From a virus: DNA of 64,000 bases. A program made the position numbers and the translations under genes. Within the stretch, counting starts at the first letter, position 1, and every line of letters begins with the position of its first letter. Location of the stretch: the IMG/VR virus record IMGVR_UViG_3300046777_001673, positions 7,570 through 71,569 of that record; one strand, given 5' to 3'. Of the stretch, positions 17,241 to 26,312 are shown piece after piece. Under the pieces are notes generated by a model that did not search any database, had not been told where the DNA came from, and saw only the letters and a list, made by a program, of their open reading frames with translations.

Positions 17241-17298
17241 ATCATACCAAGATATGATGAGGTCGTCAACAGGTCTGTGACAGTTCTTCAAGTGTCAT
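17241..17298 (-). promoter_or_regulatory. Early-type promoter cassette, copy 4
   Basis: GACACTT-GAAGAA-CTGTCAC then TTGACG-17-TATGAT. Confidence 0.7.
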
Positions 17299-19040
17299 TC
17301 AAATTCGGTAAAGTCCACAGACTCTAAAACATCAATTTGAGTTTTTAGAGTGTTTATTTCTTGAGTGAGGAATCCTATTCCTCTTTGCAAGGAAAATGCT
17401 CTACCCTCTTTTTCATCTCTCACATCACGAAGAGTATCTGAAGCATTTACATAATAATTCAATTTTGGTAAAACACTTGCAGATGTAATTCCTAGTTGAG
17501 TTTCTGCTGCGGTAATATTAGCTGTATATGTATTAGTACATGTCGTATTATCTGGTGCTCCTGGTGGTTTTGTACTTGTGGTGCTTAAAACTGGTTGAGC
17601 TGTAGTTAATCCCAATCCAATAACTACGGTATAACCTTCGGGTCTATAGACAGTTGTATATCCAACAATTGTTCTAATTGTATTTCCAACACCAGAATAT
17701 GCATAATTTGGTACTAATTGTACAGGCCAACTGGCAGCGCCAACATAGTAAGGAGCAAATCCAGCACCAACAGCAGGTTCTGGATCAATAACATCTCTCC
17801 ACTGAGCTGTAATATCTGGAGATCCATTATTAATTATTTGCAATGTGTGGCCATATCCCAGTTTGTTATTATTTTTAAGTAGTGATATTTCTACTGGGCT
17901 TGATCCATTTAAAATGGGATTAAAATTATCTGTTACATCTTCGTCCGTTCTAATTACTATAAGTCTACCATGATCAATATATGATGAAGTAGTAGTACTA
18001 ATAAAAATAGTAGGATAAACTGTACTAACGCCTACAGTAAATTCACCCAAACTAGTTGTAGCAATAGCTGGTTTACTTAAAATTATGGTGTTCACTGTGG
18101 TTGTTGTGATTCCAGGATCTCCCTCATCATCTATAATTTCTATTTGCGTTGAAGTTGTTCCAAATCCAACTACCACTGTGTCTGAAGAAGTGACTCCAAC
18201 TCTAATAATTCTATCCCCAGTAGAAATACCAACAGTTACAATACCAACTCCAGTATGAAGGAGAACTGTCGATCCTAACGATATACTTCCAGTAAATGTA
18301 GTGGAAGGCCCAACAACTGCAGTGGAACCAAATCCAACAATCTCTGGTAAATTTCCTACTTGAAATACGGTAGGATTTTCTAGGCTATCAGTGACAGTAT
18401 CATTGACTCTTAGATTGTATAGTGCGGTATTTAAATCACCAAAAACAATAATGTAAGTGCTTCCAATACCAACAGAAACATCTTCAAGTTCTTTGACTAA
18501 ATTTGCACCATAATCTCTGTTATGTGGTCTTCTGTAATATTTGGCTCCATAGTAATTGATTTGTCTATATTGATCGGGATCTTTTTTTACCTGCCAAGTT
18601 TGATATACAACATTAATAGATCCAAGAGCACCACCTTTACCATAAGTACCCGTATTAAAAAATGAAACTTTTCTCGTTTCTTCAGCAATTTTGATCCACT
18701 TTAAATCACTTAAACAGTTTACAGCAATTCTTGCATCATAAGCAGTTTTTACTGCAGTTATTTTTTCATTTATATCTGTAATTAAGTCTGGTAATGGTTT
18801 ATCCATGTTTACGATAAGTTTATCGTAACCATCAATTGTTACATCAGTCAATAACAACAAATCTTTTGTAGCGTTTCTTTGGTTTATTTTTGATTCTCTA
18901 TCTTCTTTGAGTGATTTAATAATTCCCTGGGAACTTATTTCTCCACGAGTTAGTCCTAAAGCACTCTTAATGAGAGAGTTTTCTTCATCACTAGTTTTTG
19001 GGACACTTGTAGTTCCGACTCCAACAGTTCCTATTGTCAT
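17295..19040 (-). CDS. Structural protein, baseplate/tail associated
   Basis: Thr/Val/Gly-rich, VGxGxT repeats, lies in the gp5 operon. Confidence 0.6.
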   Translation of the reverse strand: MTIGTVGVGTTSVPKTSDEENSLIKSALGLTRGEISSQGIIKSLKEDRESKINQRNATKDLLLLTDVTIDGYDKLIVNMDKPLPDLITDINEKITAVKTAYDARIAVNCLSDLKWIKIAEETRKVSFFNTGTYGKGGALGSINVVYQTWQVKKDPDQYRQINYYGAKYYRRPHNRDYGANLVKELEDVSVGIGSTYIIVFGDLNTALYNLRVNDTVTDSLENPTVFQVGNLPEIVGFGSTAVVGPSTTFTGSISLGSTVLLHTGVGIVTVGISTGDRIIRVGVTSSDTVVVGFGTTSTQIEIIDDEGDPGITTTTVNTIILSKPAIATTSLGEFTVGVSTVYPTIFISTTTSSYIDHGRLIVIRTDEDVTDNFNPILNGSSPVEISLLKNNNKLGYGHTLQIINNGSPDITAQWRDVIDPEPAVGAGFAPYYVGAASWPVQLVPNYAYSGVGNTIRTIVGYTTVYRPEGYTVVIGLGLTTAQPVLSTTSTKPPGAPDNTTCTNTYTANITAAETQLGITSASVLPKLNYYVNASDTLRDVRDEKEGRAFSLQRGIGFLTQEINTLKTQIDVLESVDFTEFE

Positions 19041-19045
19041 AATAA

Positions 19046-19915
19046 TTAAGTAGTCTCTGGATAAATTTTATTTTCTTCTACTGGTTGTTCAACAACAATT
19101 TTATCAATATCTTTTCTTTCTGCATGAATAATATAACTACAATCAATTTTACCACCAGAATTATTTATTACCTTGATTTCAGATCCCCAATTACCAATCT
19201 CATAATAAAGTTCTTGATAACAACCGCGTGGAGTCAAATGAACTGTAATTGTTTCTACATCAACTAAACCTCTCCAATAATCCGGAAGTTGAATAATATT
19301 TGAATCAACTAACCTACCTCTATAATAAACCCCGGCTTCTGGGCCTTCCAATGAAACATGAACTAATCTCATGTTTTCTTTTGTTGGGTGTGGTATATCA
19401 AATAACTTAAATGGTGCTGCAACTTGTGTAAAAGCTCCATAAAAAGCTTTGATTGTGGCAACATCAATGTCTTGACCAAATATTTTAGCGGTAAAGTTTA
19501 AAGAATCGCAATTAATTAATGGGCAATCTAGTACAGTGTCTACATTAACTTTTTTAAAATTATTGAGTGCGCTACCTTCATTCAAAGAATTTTTAATATT
19601 AACTCCATTTGTTAAACTCAAAGCATTTCTGAGAGTTATTCCAATTTTAGAAGTTAATCCAGTAACATTGGTAACTGCAAGTCTATTATGAACTCCAAGA
19701 AGGTTTGATATTCCTGTTACATTGAGAGAAACTGGATTTAATCCAGGCCCAATCATGCAATTAGCTATAGGAATTGGAGGCCCACCAGCACCAATCCAAA
19801 CAGGGCCATTTAATACTGTTGTTCCTGGTATAGATGGGACTGCAGGTAAGAATGAATAATCTATCTGACCTACTACAAGTTTATCACCAATATATTTTAC
19901 GGGTTCTGCAGGCAT
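19046..19915 (-). CDS. Structural protein, baseplate spike associated
   Basis: FDIPHP...L.H.SLEGPE.GVYYRG domain typical of cyanophage virion proteins; position downstream of gp5. Confidence 0.6.
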   Translation of the reverse strand: MPAEPVKYIGDKLVVGQIDYSFLPAVPSIPGTTVLNGPVWIGAGGPPIPIANCMIGPGLNPVSLNVTGISNLLGVHNRLAVTNVTGLTSKIGITLRNALSLTNGVNIKNSLNEGSALNNFKKVNVDTVLDCPLINCDSLNFTAKIFGQDIDVATIKAFYGAFTQVAAPFKLFDIPHPTKENMRLVHVSLEGPEAGVYYRGRLVDSNIIQLPDYWRGLVDVETITVHLTPRGCYQELYYEIGNWGSEIKVINNSGGKIDCSYIIHAERKDIDKIVVEQPVEENKIYPETT

Positions 19916-19928
19916 ATTTCACCTCCTA

Positions 19929-20483
19929 TCATTCATCTAACCATTTCTGGAATTTTGTAACAATTCCCATTAGTTGTGATAATATGGAGGATTGTGATTT
20001 TTCTACACCAGAGTTTTGGGTATTTTGCATATTTCCAGTGGTATCAGTTGCTTGAGCACCTGTTGAAGCACTGTTACTCATCACTGTATTTGAAATACCT
20101 CCTTTTATACTGTTGACTGGAGCATTAACAGCAAAATGTTTTCCAGAAACAACTGTTACTTCACCAGCGCCATCTAATGCAACAATTCTAATATTTTTTC
20201 CTCTTAAAATTATATCACCATCCATTGCTTCAATAATGATATCACCTTTTTTAGCTCTTATAACTTTTGCTGGTACTTTATCTGTTCCTTCTATTCCAGA
20301 AATGTCATAAGATGTTTTATTTGCTATTTGGGTATGATTTCCATCTGTAGTAAATTCAAATCCCTGAGCATTGTCAGTAAAAACTGCATAATCTATAGTT
20401 TTTCCAGTTACATCTTGCTTTGTACCAGATTTTACTACAAATCCTGGTTTCTTTTCGTAATACTCTTTTGGCTGATCTGTCAT
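19929..20483 (-). CDS. Putative baseplate spike beta-helix protein
   Basis: GDIIIEA.DGDIIL beta-strand repeats; directly after gp5. Confidence 0.5.
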   Translation of the reverse strand: MTDQPKEYYEKKPGFVVKSGTKQDVTGKTIDYAVFTDNAQGFEFTTDGNHTQIANKTSYDISGIEGTDKVPAKVIRAKKGDIIIEAMDGDIILRGKNIRIVALDGAGEVTVVSGKHFAVNAPVNSIKGGISNTVMSNSASTGAQATDTTGNMQNTQNSGVEKSQSSILSQLMGIVTKFQKWLDE

Positions 20484-20486
20484 GGG

Positions 20487-22712
20487 TTACACACAATCGA
20501 CTACATTTACAACTGAACCTATTCCAACATTCAAATCGGGATTGTCTGCAATGAATTGGGGAACAAACTGTAGAACTGGATAAATCACAGCTCCTTCACC
20601 TGTCTTTGTATTTATGCTGACGGCCGGGGTGGTTTTAAAAGTTTCTTTGCAGGTTCCATTTGATCTGAAATCAATTATCGAACCATTAACAGTGAGAATT
20701 GGTTGATAAAAACAGTTTCCAACTTGAATAGTATCTCCAGAAGTATATCCAAGTCCTGGTCTTTCTATAACAAGACTCGTATTAATTCCAACTACCGCAT
20801 TAGATAATCTTCGATCACCAACATCCAAACATGGTGATTGTTGAGTTGTTGATCCTATTTCCGCTGGAGATGTTTCTTCAGTTAAGTTAGTCTGACAATA
20901 TCCTTGACCGGGATTGACAATATAAATGGATGCAATTTTTCCGTCTACAATTTTTGTTTTTGCCTGAGCTCCCTTACCATAATTAGAGTTATCTACAATT
21001 TTGATTTCTGGTGGATATGTGTATCCTTTACCTGGATCACAAAGTAAAAATGTTACAATTGATCCATCTACATCAGAAACGACGGCTTTTGCTCTTGCAC
21101 CAATTCCATCACCATATATTGTTACTTCTGGTGGAATGCATTTGTAAAATTTTACTCCTATTGGCATGGGAGTAAGATCCTCTTGTGTTTGCGGATTTAC
21201 AATCTTTCTCCTGCAATCTCTAAATGGTGTATCTGAAGAACCAAACGCAGATAGATAACCCAGAGAAAAATCGGGAGTTCCTAATGAATTTAAGATATCC
21301 ATGTTAGATAAAACGCTTTGCCAACTATCTAACCTAGGGAATGAAGCTCCTGCAAGAGGATCCCAAGAAGTTGTAGTCTGACAAGCTAAAGAATCACAAC
21401 TCAGGAAACTTAAAATCTGAGAAATCATATTTAATCCACCAGTTAGAGTAGATGCGATAGAACTGATTCCATTAGCTAACCAATCAAGACCAGATAAAAC
21501 CGTGGACAAAGCTCCATCTATCATATCAGCAAGTTTATTCACCAATGCACCAGTTATTTCTTCAACTGCACATCTAGGTATATTTGGACTCTTACCTATA
21601 AGACCATTTAATAGACCCATAATAAAATCCATCAAAGGTCCAAATAATTTCTCAAAAAGACAGAAAATAATATTTAAAATATTTTTTGCAGCTTCTGAAA
21701 TAGGTAATTGTTGTGGTGATGGAATGGTGATACCAAGAAGTTTGAACAGTTTTCCAACTAATTTGAATATGTTATCTCTCATCCCATTAATCACAAATTT
21801 CATAATGGATGCTACAAGTCTTGCTACAGATCTAACCAATTGTTGTACATCTACGACAACATTTCTGATTGGATCTATAAATCCTAGTGCAGTTTTTTCA
21901 TAACCATTAATTGTTTGAATAAATGTCTGTAGAGAAGTTGTTATTTGAGATAAAATATCATTTCCACAACCATTTTCTCCTTTAACTGGACCAAGTTGTT
22001 TTACCGTGGCCAAGAATCCTGCTTCAGCTCTGTCTCCATAAAATAATTGATCTTGTGGAATATTTGGTGCTCCAAAACTTGCTCCAGCTTTATCACTCGT
22101 ATCGGTAGTAAGTGGTTTGAAATCTGGAGATAACTCTATACTTCCTACTGCATCTGTAGCAAATTTTGCATTTGAAAACATTTCAAATTGGGATCCAGGT
22201 CCAAGATTCTCATCGACTTCTTTAGCAGTACCATCATTTTGAGCTTTTTCTCTTGTTGCTTGTCGTTTGTCTCCACCTTTCGCAAAAGGCCCTTTACTTC
22301 CTGTAAAAGGTTCAAATGGATTTGGATTGTCAATGTTTTCTACAACTGGACTTCTATGAAAACATCCCATTACAACAGGTTGTTGTGCTTCTTCACCATC
22401 CAAGAAAAATCCAACTACAGATTCACCACCAACAAGTAATGGTAATTTGCCAAATCCACCTTGTCCTGGCGCACCATCAGATGCACTTGTTAAGATATGA
22501 GCCCAAGGCAAATCTTCATCTTTCAATTCATTTCTACTAAAACTATGATATCCAATAATTCTTACTTTACATCTATATCCCCAGGCTTCTTTTCCATTAT
22601 CAATGCGTGTTTTATCATTACGCCAGACTTTGGGATCGGCAACTTGACCAACCCACCAAACAAAACCGTCTCTACCTAAGAAATTAGATTTTAAAAAAGA
22701 TTCATCAATCAT
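20487..22712 (-). CDS. g5: Baseplate hub protein gp5 (OB-fold N-terminus)
   Basis: GRDGFVWWVGQV, RCKVRIIGYH, DEDLPWA, VVGFFLDG..AQQPVVMG. Confidence 0.85.
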   Translation of the reverse strand: MIDESFLKSNFLGRDGFVWWVGQVADPKVWRNDKTRIDNGKEAWGYRCKVRIIGYHSFSRNELKDEDLPWAHILTSASDGAPGQGGFGKLPLLVGGESVVGFFLDGEEAQQPVVMGCFHRSPVVENIDNPNPFEPFTGSKGPFAKGGDKRQATREKAQNDGTAKEVDENLGPGSQFEMFSNAKFATDAVGSIELSPDFKPLTTDTSDKAGASFGAPNIPQDQLFYGDRAEAGFLATVKQLGPVKGENGCGNDILSQITTSLQTFIQTINGYEKTALGFIDPIRNVVVDVQQLVRSVARLVASIMKFVINGMRDNIFKLVGKLFKLLGITIPSPQQLPISEAAKNILNIIFCLFEKLFGPLMDFIMGLLNGLIGKSPNIPRCAVEEITGALVNKLADMIDGALSTVLSGLDWLANGISSIASTLTGGLNMISQILSFLSCDSLACQTTTSWDPLAGASFPRLDSWQSVLSNMDILNSLGTPDFSLGYLSAFGSSDTPFRDCRRKIVNPQTQEDLTPMPIGVKFYKCIPPEVTIYGDGIGARAKAVVSDVDGSIVTFLLCDPGKGYTYPPEIKIVDNSNYGKGAQAKTKIVDGKIASIYIVNPGQGYCQTNLTEETSPAEIGSTTQQSPCLDVGDRRLSNAVVGINTSLVIERPGLGYTSGDTIQVGNCFYQPILTVNGSIIDFRSNGTCKETFKTTPAVSINTKTGEGAVIYPVLQFVPQFIADNPDLNVGIGSVVNVVDCV

Positions 22713-22924
22713 CAGTCTTCGTAAATTTTACACTCTGCTGCGTCAGGATGAGTATCGCAATAAAGTTCTAATGGTGTTGGGTCGTGATCATCTTCTGGAT
22801 GATTTACTTTATAAGCTTCTAGTGCTTCTAATTCTTCTTGAGTATGTCTTCTTGCCTGTGGAGAAGTTACAGGATTATCAAGAATTTCTTTGTCTTTTGC
22901 AATGTGTTCGTCGATGTTGTTCAT
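22712..22924 (-). CDS. cp12: CP12 Calvin-cycle inhibitor, phage type
   Basis: C-terminal DPTPLELYCDTHPDAAECKIYED. Confidence 0.88.
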   Translation of the reverse strand: MNNIDEHIAKDKEILDNPVTSPQARRHTQEELEALEAYKVNHPEDDHDPTPLELYCDTHPDAAECKIYED

Positions 22925-24222
22925 TGTTTTGCTCCATATAAACCGTAGGAGTCTCTGATGAGTTTTAATGATGAAATCATTTGACCGCCTTCAAAATGAT
23001 GCCTGACTTCTTTAATTAAGTAGTTTCCACTTTGTTCTGGATCAACCTCACCAGATTGAGATGCATCAACTTTAGAAAATTGTGCATAAATGATAGTTCC
23101 CGCTTTCAAATTAATGTTCATCGGTACTATCATATTTAGTGTTTGTGTAAACAACAAATTATAACGAGAGAATGATTTAGCCATATCAGTATTGTCTCTA
23201 CCCGAATCCTCCGCATTTCCTTCTGATTCTAACATTCCCACATCAGAAGATCTGAATAAAATTCTAGATGGTTTATCCCCAAATATTTTTGGGTATGGGG
23301 GAATTTTAGAACCACCTAGTTTTGATTTAACTTCAGAATTTAATTTATAAGTAATACCATCAATTTTATTTTTATAAAGATCATAAAAGTAAGTAACATT
23401 TGAATACATGCCAACTCTTAATGACTTCATTAAGTCTGTGTTCTTCTCAAAACTATAGTTAATTATATTAAAATTGCTGGCAGCATCATTTGATTGCGTG
23501 ATTCCAGGATCATATTTGTATTGCGGAACAGCCTCTTTCGATGTACTTGCATTTTGAGATTCTGTTGCAGAAACCAAAGTATCAATACTTCTGAAGTTAA
23601 ATCCATCCCTAGTTTCATAAAAGACAAATCCAGCAACTCCTTTTGCAATTTTTCCACTATTACCAGATGATGAAGTTGCTGGAATACCCTTTGGCCCTAA
23701 CCAAGTTAAAACATGAAATGGTTTCTTGAGTGTTCCAATGAAACTATAAGAATTTGATGTTTTTTCTATATTTTTTGATTTATATTTTTTAGTTTCTAAA
23801 ACATCCTTAAGGATTGATTCTACATGTTCATTGATTGGTTTTTTAGAATATTTTTTTTGAACTCTTGAGGTTTCATTTGTAAGACCTTCTCTTGAACATA
23901 AATGTAATGTAAAATATTCTTTCGTTCCGTCTGCGACAATTGAACTTACTTTATAAACATACATCGCATAATCGCCGGTCAATTTAAAGTTTCCACTATA
24001 AGTTTGAATATCCAATTCTACTTTTTCTCCACCACGAATTGGTAAACCATTATAGATTGAATATGTTGCAGCAACTTGAATGGTCATCATTATACATGGA
24101 GATAAAATATCTTCATAATAATCGCAAAAAACAATAGAACCCGTCAGATCAATCTTTTTATTAGTTTCTAAAGATTGAATTTCAACAAAATTAAATTTTA
24201 AAAGTGTTACTGCATTTGACAT
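22921..24222 (-). CDS. Putative baseplate hub protein (gp27-like)
   Basis: YYEDILSP, LPIRGGE, FYETRDGFNFRSID, SGNYLI..V.H; position between gp5 and gp51. Confidence 0.6.
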   Translation of the reverse strand: MSNAVTLLKFNFVEIQSLETNKKIDLTGSIVFCDYYEDILSPCIMMTIQVAATYSIYNGLPIRGGEKVELDIQTYSGNFKLTGDYAMYVYKVSSIVADGTKEYFTLHLCSREGLTNETSRVQKKYSKKPINEHVESILKDVLETKKYKSKNIEKTSNSYSFIGTLKKPFHVLTWLGPKGIPATSSSGNSGKIAKGVAGFVFYETRDGFNFRSIDTLVSATESQNASTSKEAVPQYKYDPGITQSNDAASNFNIINYSFEKNTDLMKSLRVGMYSNVTYFYDLYKNKIDGITYKLNSEVKSKLGGSKIPPYPKIFGDKPSRILFRSSDVGMLESEGNAEDSGRDNTDMAKSFSRYNLLFTQTLNMIVPMNINLKAGTIIYAQFSKVDASQSGEVDPEQSGNYLIKEVRHHFEGGQMISSLKLIRDSYGLYGAKQ

Positions 24223-24223
24223 A

Positions 24224-26308
24224 TTATGTTCCCGATAAGTTGGTCAACAACATAGTCTTAAATAAACTATTTAACACTTGATCTTGTGGAACTGGAGGCA
24301 TAATCGTTGTTCCACCTCCTCCGCCACCCGATGAAATTACCATCGGTCTTTGTTGAGATCCTCCACCGCCGCCCATCATCATTGGCACAATTGTGACACT
24401 ATTTTGTGACATATTGTATGATGGATATTGTTGAAGTTGTTGTGGTTGAACTGGTTGTTGTGAAACAGACTGTATCTGAGATTGCGCCAACATTCTTTGT
24501 TGAACATCTGGAAGATCTGGGAGATTTCTTGCATATTGAACTGCTGCAGATGTTTGACTTCCCACGACTCTTCTTCCTTGTACATTTGAACCTCCAGCTA
24601 TTCTTACTGCATTACTATCTCCGACAAATTCTGCACCTTTATACTTTTCTCTAATAGCTTTTGCGCTATCCATTGTCAAGTGAAGTGGATCAGATGAATC
24701 GTAAGTTCCTCTTTCGACTTGAGCTCCACCTGTTTTTGCAGCTTCCACCGAAGCTTTATGTGCAGCAGAATACGCAGACTCATTTGGTGGGACAATAATT
24801 GGAGTATATCCCTTGCGTCTTAAGTCATTAATAATTTGCAAAGTGTCTTTTTTTACTTTTTCTGGATCGCCGGCAGTATTTGTTCCAGTAGCCACAACTG
24901 CATACTTGCCTGTTGAGGGGCCCATAACACCAGTTTGAGATTTTACTTTTGGTTTTACTGTAACTTGTCCACCAAATCTAAAATATTTGTCATCATTATT
25001 ACCTTGTGAAGGATCTACTGAGCCAGATCCTCTTGGTGCATATTCATAATGCAAATGAGGGCCTGTTGAATTACCAGATCCATATGCACCAGCGGCACCA
25101 CCAGTATATCCTATTAAAGTTCCTGGTTCTATTTTTTGTCCTTGAGAAACTGCAGTTTTACTTAAATGTAAATATCTTGTATGTGATCCATCAGCGTGAT
25201 CAATATAAACAGATAAATTTCCTCCGCCATCCAATCCACTAAAAGCCACTGTTCCTGGTTGAATGACACTAATAGGAGTTCCTACATTTACGGGATAATC
25301 TATTCCATAATGTTTTCTTCCTCCCCGAGGACCATATGGTGAACCTCTCTTTGAACTTGGAAGACTGCCTCCCGATACTGAATAATCTCCAGTTTCTCCA
25401 GTTTGTTGATTATTATTTTGCAATTCTGGAGTATCCGGTTCCATCGGTTCTCCATCTTTCTCTTCCCCTTTAGTACCTTCATAATCTTCGGATATTGCTC
25501 CCAATAATCCACTACTAACTGCTCTTTGGAATTGCGATACAACACTATCAAATTTATCCAATACTTGTGGAAATGTAGTTTGTGAAACGGAAGCCTCAAT
25601 TTTTTGTTTTTGTTCTTGTTCTTTGAGTCTTGCTTTTGTTTTTTCCTTTGTCTTTCCTTCTCCAGTTACAGATTCGTATGCTCTATCGGCTAAATATCCT
25701 CCAGCCATGCCACCCAAAGCACCAACTCCAGCACCAAGAACAAATCCAAGTCCTGGAATTGGCACTAATGCTTGCCCAATGACACCAGCTAATGCAGAAC
25801 CTGCAAGGGCTCCACCGGCATAACCAGCTGCAGATCCCAATGCACCTGCACCAGCTTTACCTACAGATTCTCCACCAGCAATTCCTTGGGCAAAATCCAA
25901 TCCAGCAAGAGCTGTGGATATAATTGGCAATCCCCTAACTCCAGGAAGTCTTATTTTAGTTCCTTTTGGAGTTGGTTTTCCTGCTCTTGGATTTTTTTTA
26001 TTACCACCAAAAAAACTTCCAACTAAACCGGCAGCGTCTAAAGCACCACTAGCTAAACTTGATAATAAACTTCCTGCAGACCCAAATGTTGATGCAATAT
26101 TAATATTTGATAATCTTTTAACTTTTCGTTCATCTGGTAATTTTATCGCTTCTAAATTCTTAACTTCTACACTCATAAATCTTAAAAATTCATTATATGA
26201 AGTTTGGGTAGACCTCATTGCAGACTTTGATCTATTAATACTTACAATATTATTGAAAGCCTCTACCAAAGGAGATTTTAATGGAGTATCTTTTTTAGGT
26301 AGTGCCAT
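24224..26308 (-). CDS. Virion protein with M23 peptidase domain (tape-measure/hub associated)
   Basis: HYGIDY, YLHL, STGPHLH M23 motifs; glycine-zipper helices; C-terminal GTN/LH/VGDS SGNH-like elements. Confidence 0.75.
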   Translation of the reverse strand: MALPKKDTPLKSPLVEAFNNIVSINRSKSAMRSTQTSYNEFLRFMSVEVKNLEAIKLPDERKVKRLSNINIASTFGSAGSLLSSLASGALDAAGLVGSFFGGNKKNPRAGKPTPKGTKIRLPGVRGLPIISTALAGLDFAQGIAGGESVGKAGAGALGSAAGYAGGALAGSALAGVIGQALVPIPGLGFVLGAGVGALGGMAGGYLADRAYESVTGEGKTKEKTKARLKEQEQKQKIEASVSQTTFPQVLDKFDSVVSQFQRAVSSGLLGAISEDYEGTKGEEKDGEPMEPDTPELQNNNQQTGETGDYSVSGGSLPSSKRGSPYGPRGGRKHYGIDYPVNVGTPISVIQPGTVAFSGLDGGGNLSVYIDHADGSHTRYLHLSKTAVSQGQKIEPGTLIGYTGGAAGAYGSGNSTGPHLHYEYAPRGSGSVDPSQGNNDDKYFRFGGQVTVKPKVKSQTGVMGPSTGKYAVVATGTNTAGDPEKVKKDTLQIINDLRRKGYTPIIVPPNESAYSAAHKASVEAAKTGGAQVERGTYDSSDPLHLTMDSAKAIREKYKGAEFVGDSNAVRIAGGSNVQGRRVVGSQTSAAVQYARNLPDLPDVQQRMLAQSQIQSVSQQPVQPQQLQQYPSYNMSQNSVTIVPMMMGGGGGSQQRPMVISSGGGGGGTTIMPPVPQDQVLNSLFKTMLLTNLSGT

Positions 26309-26312
26309 GATA

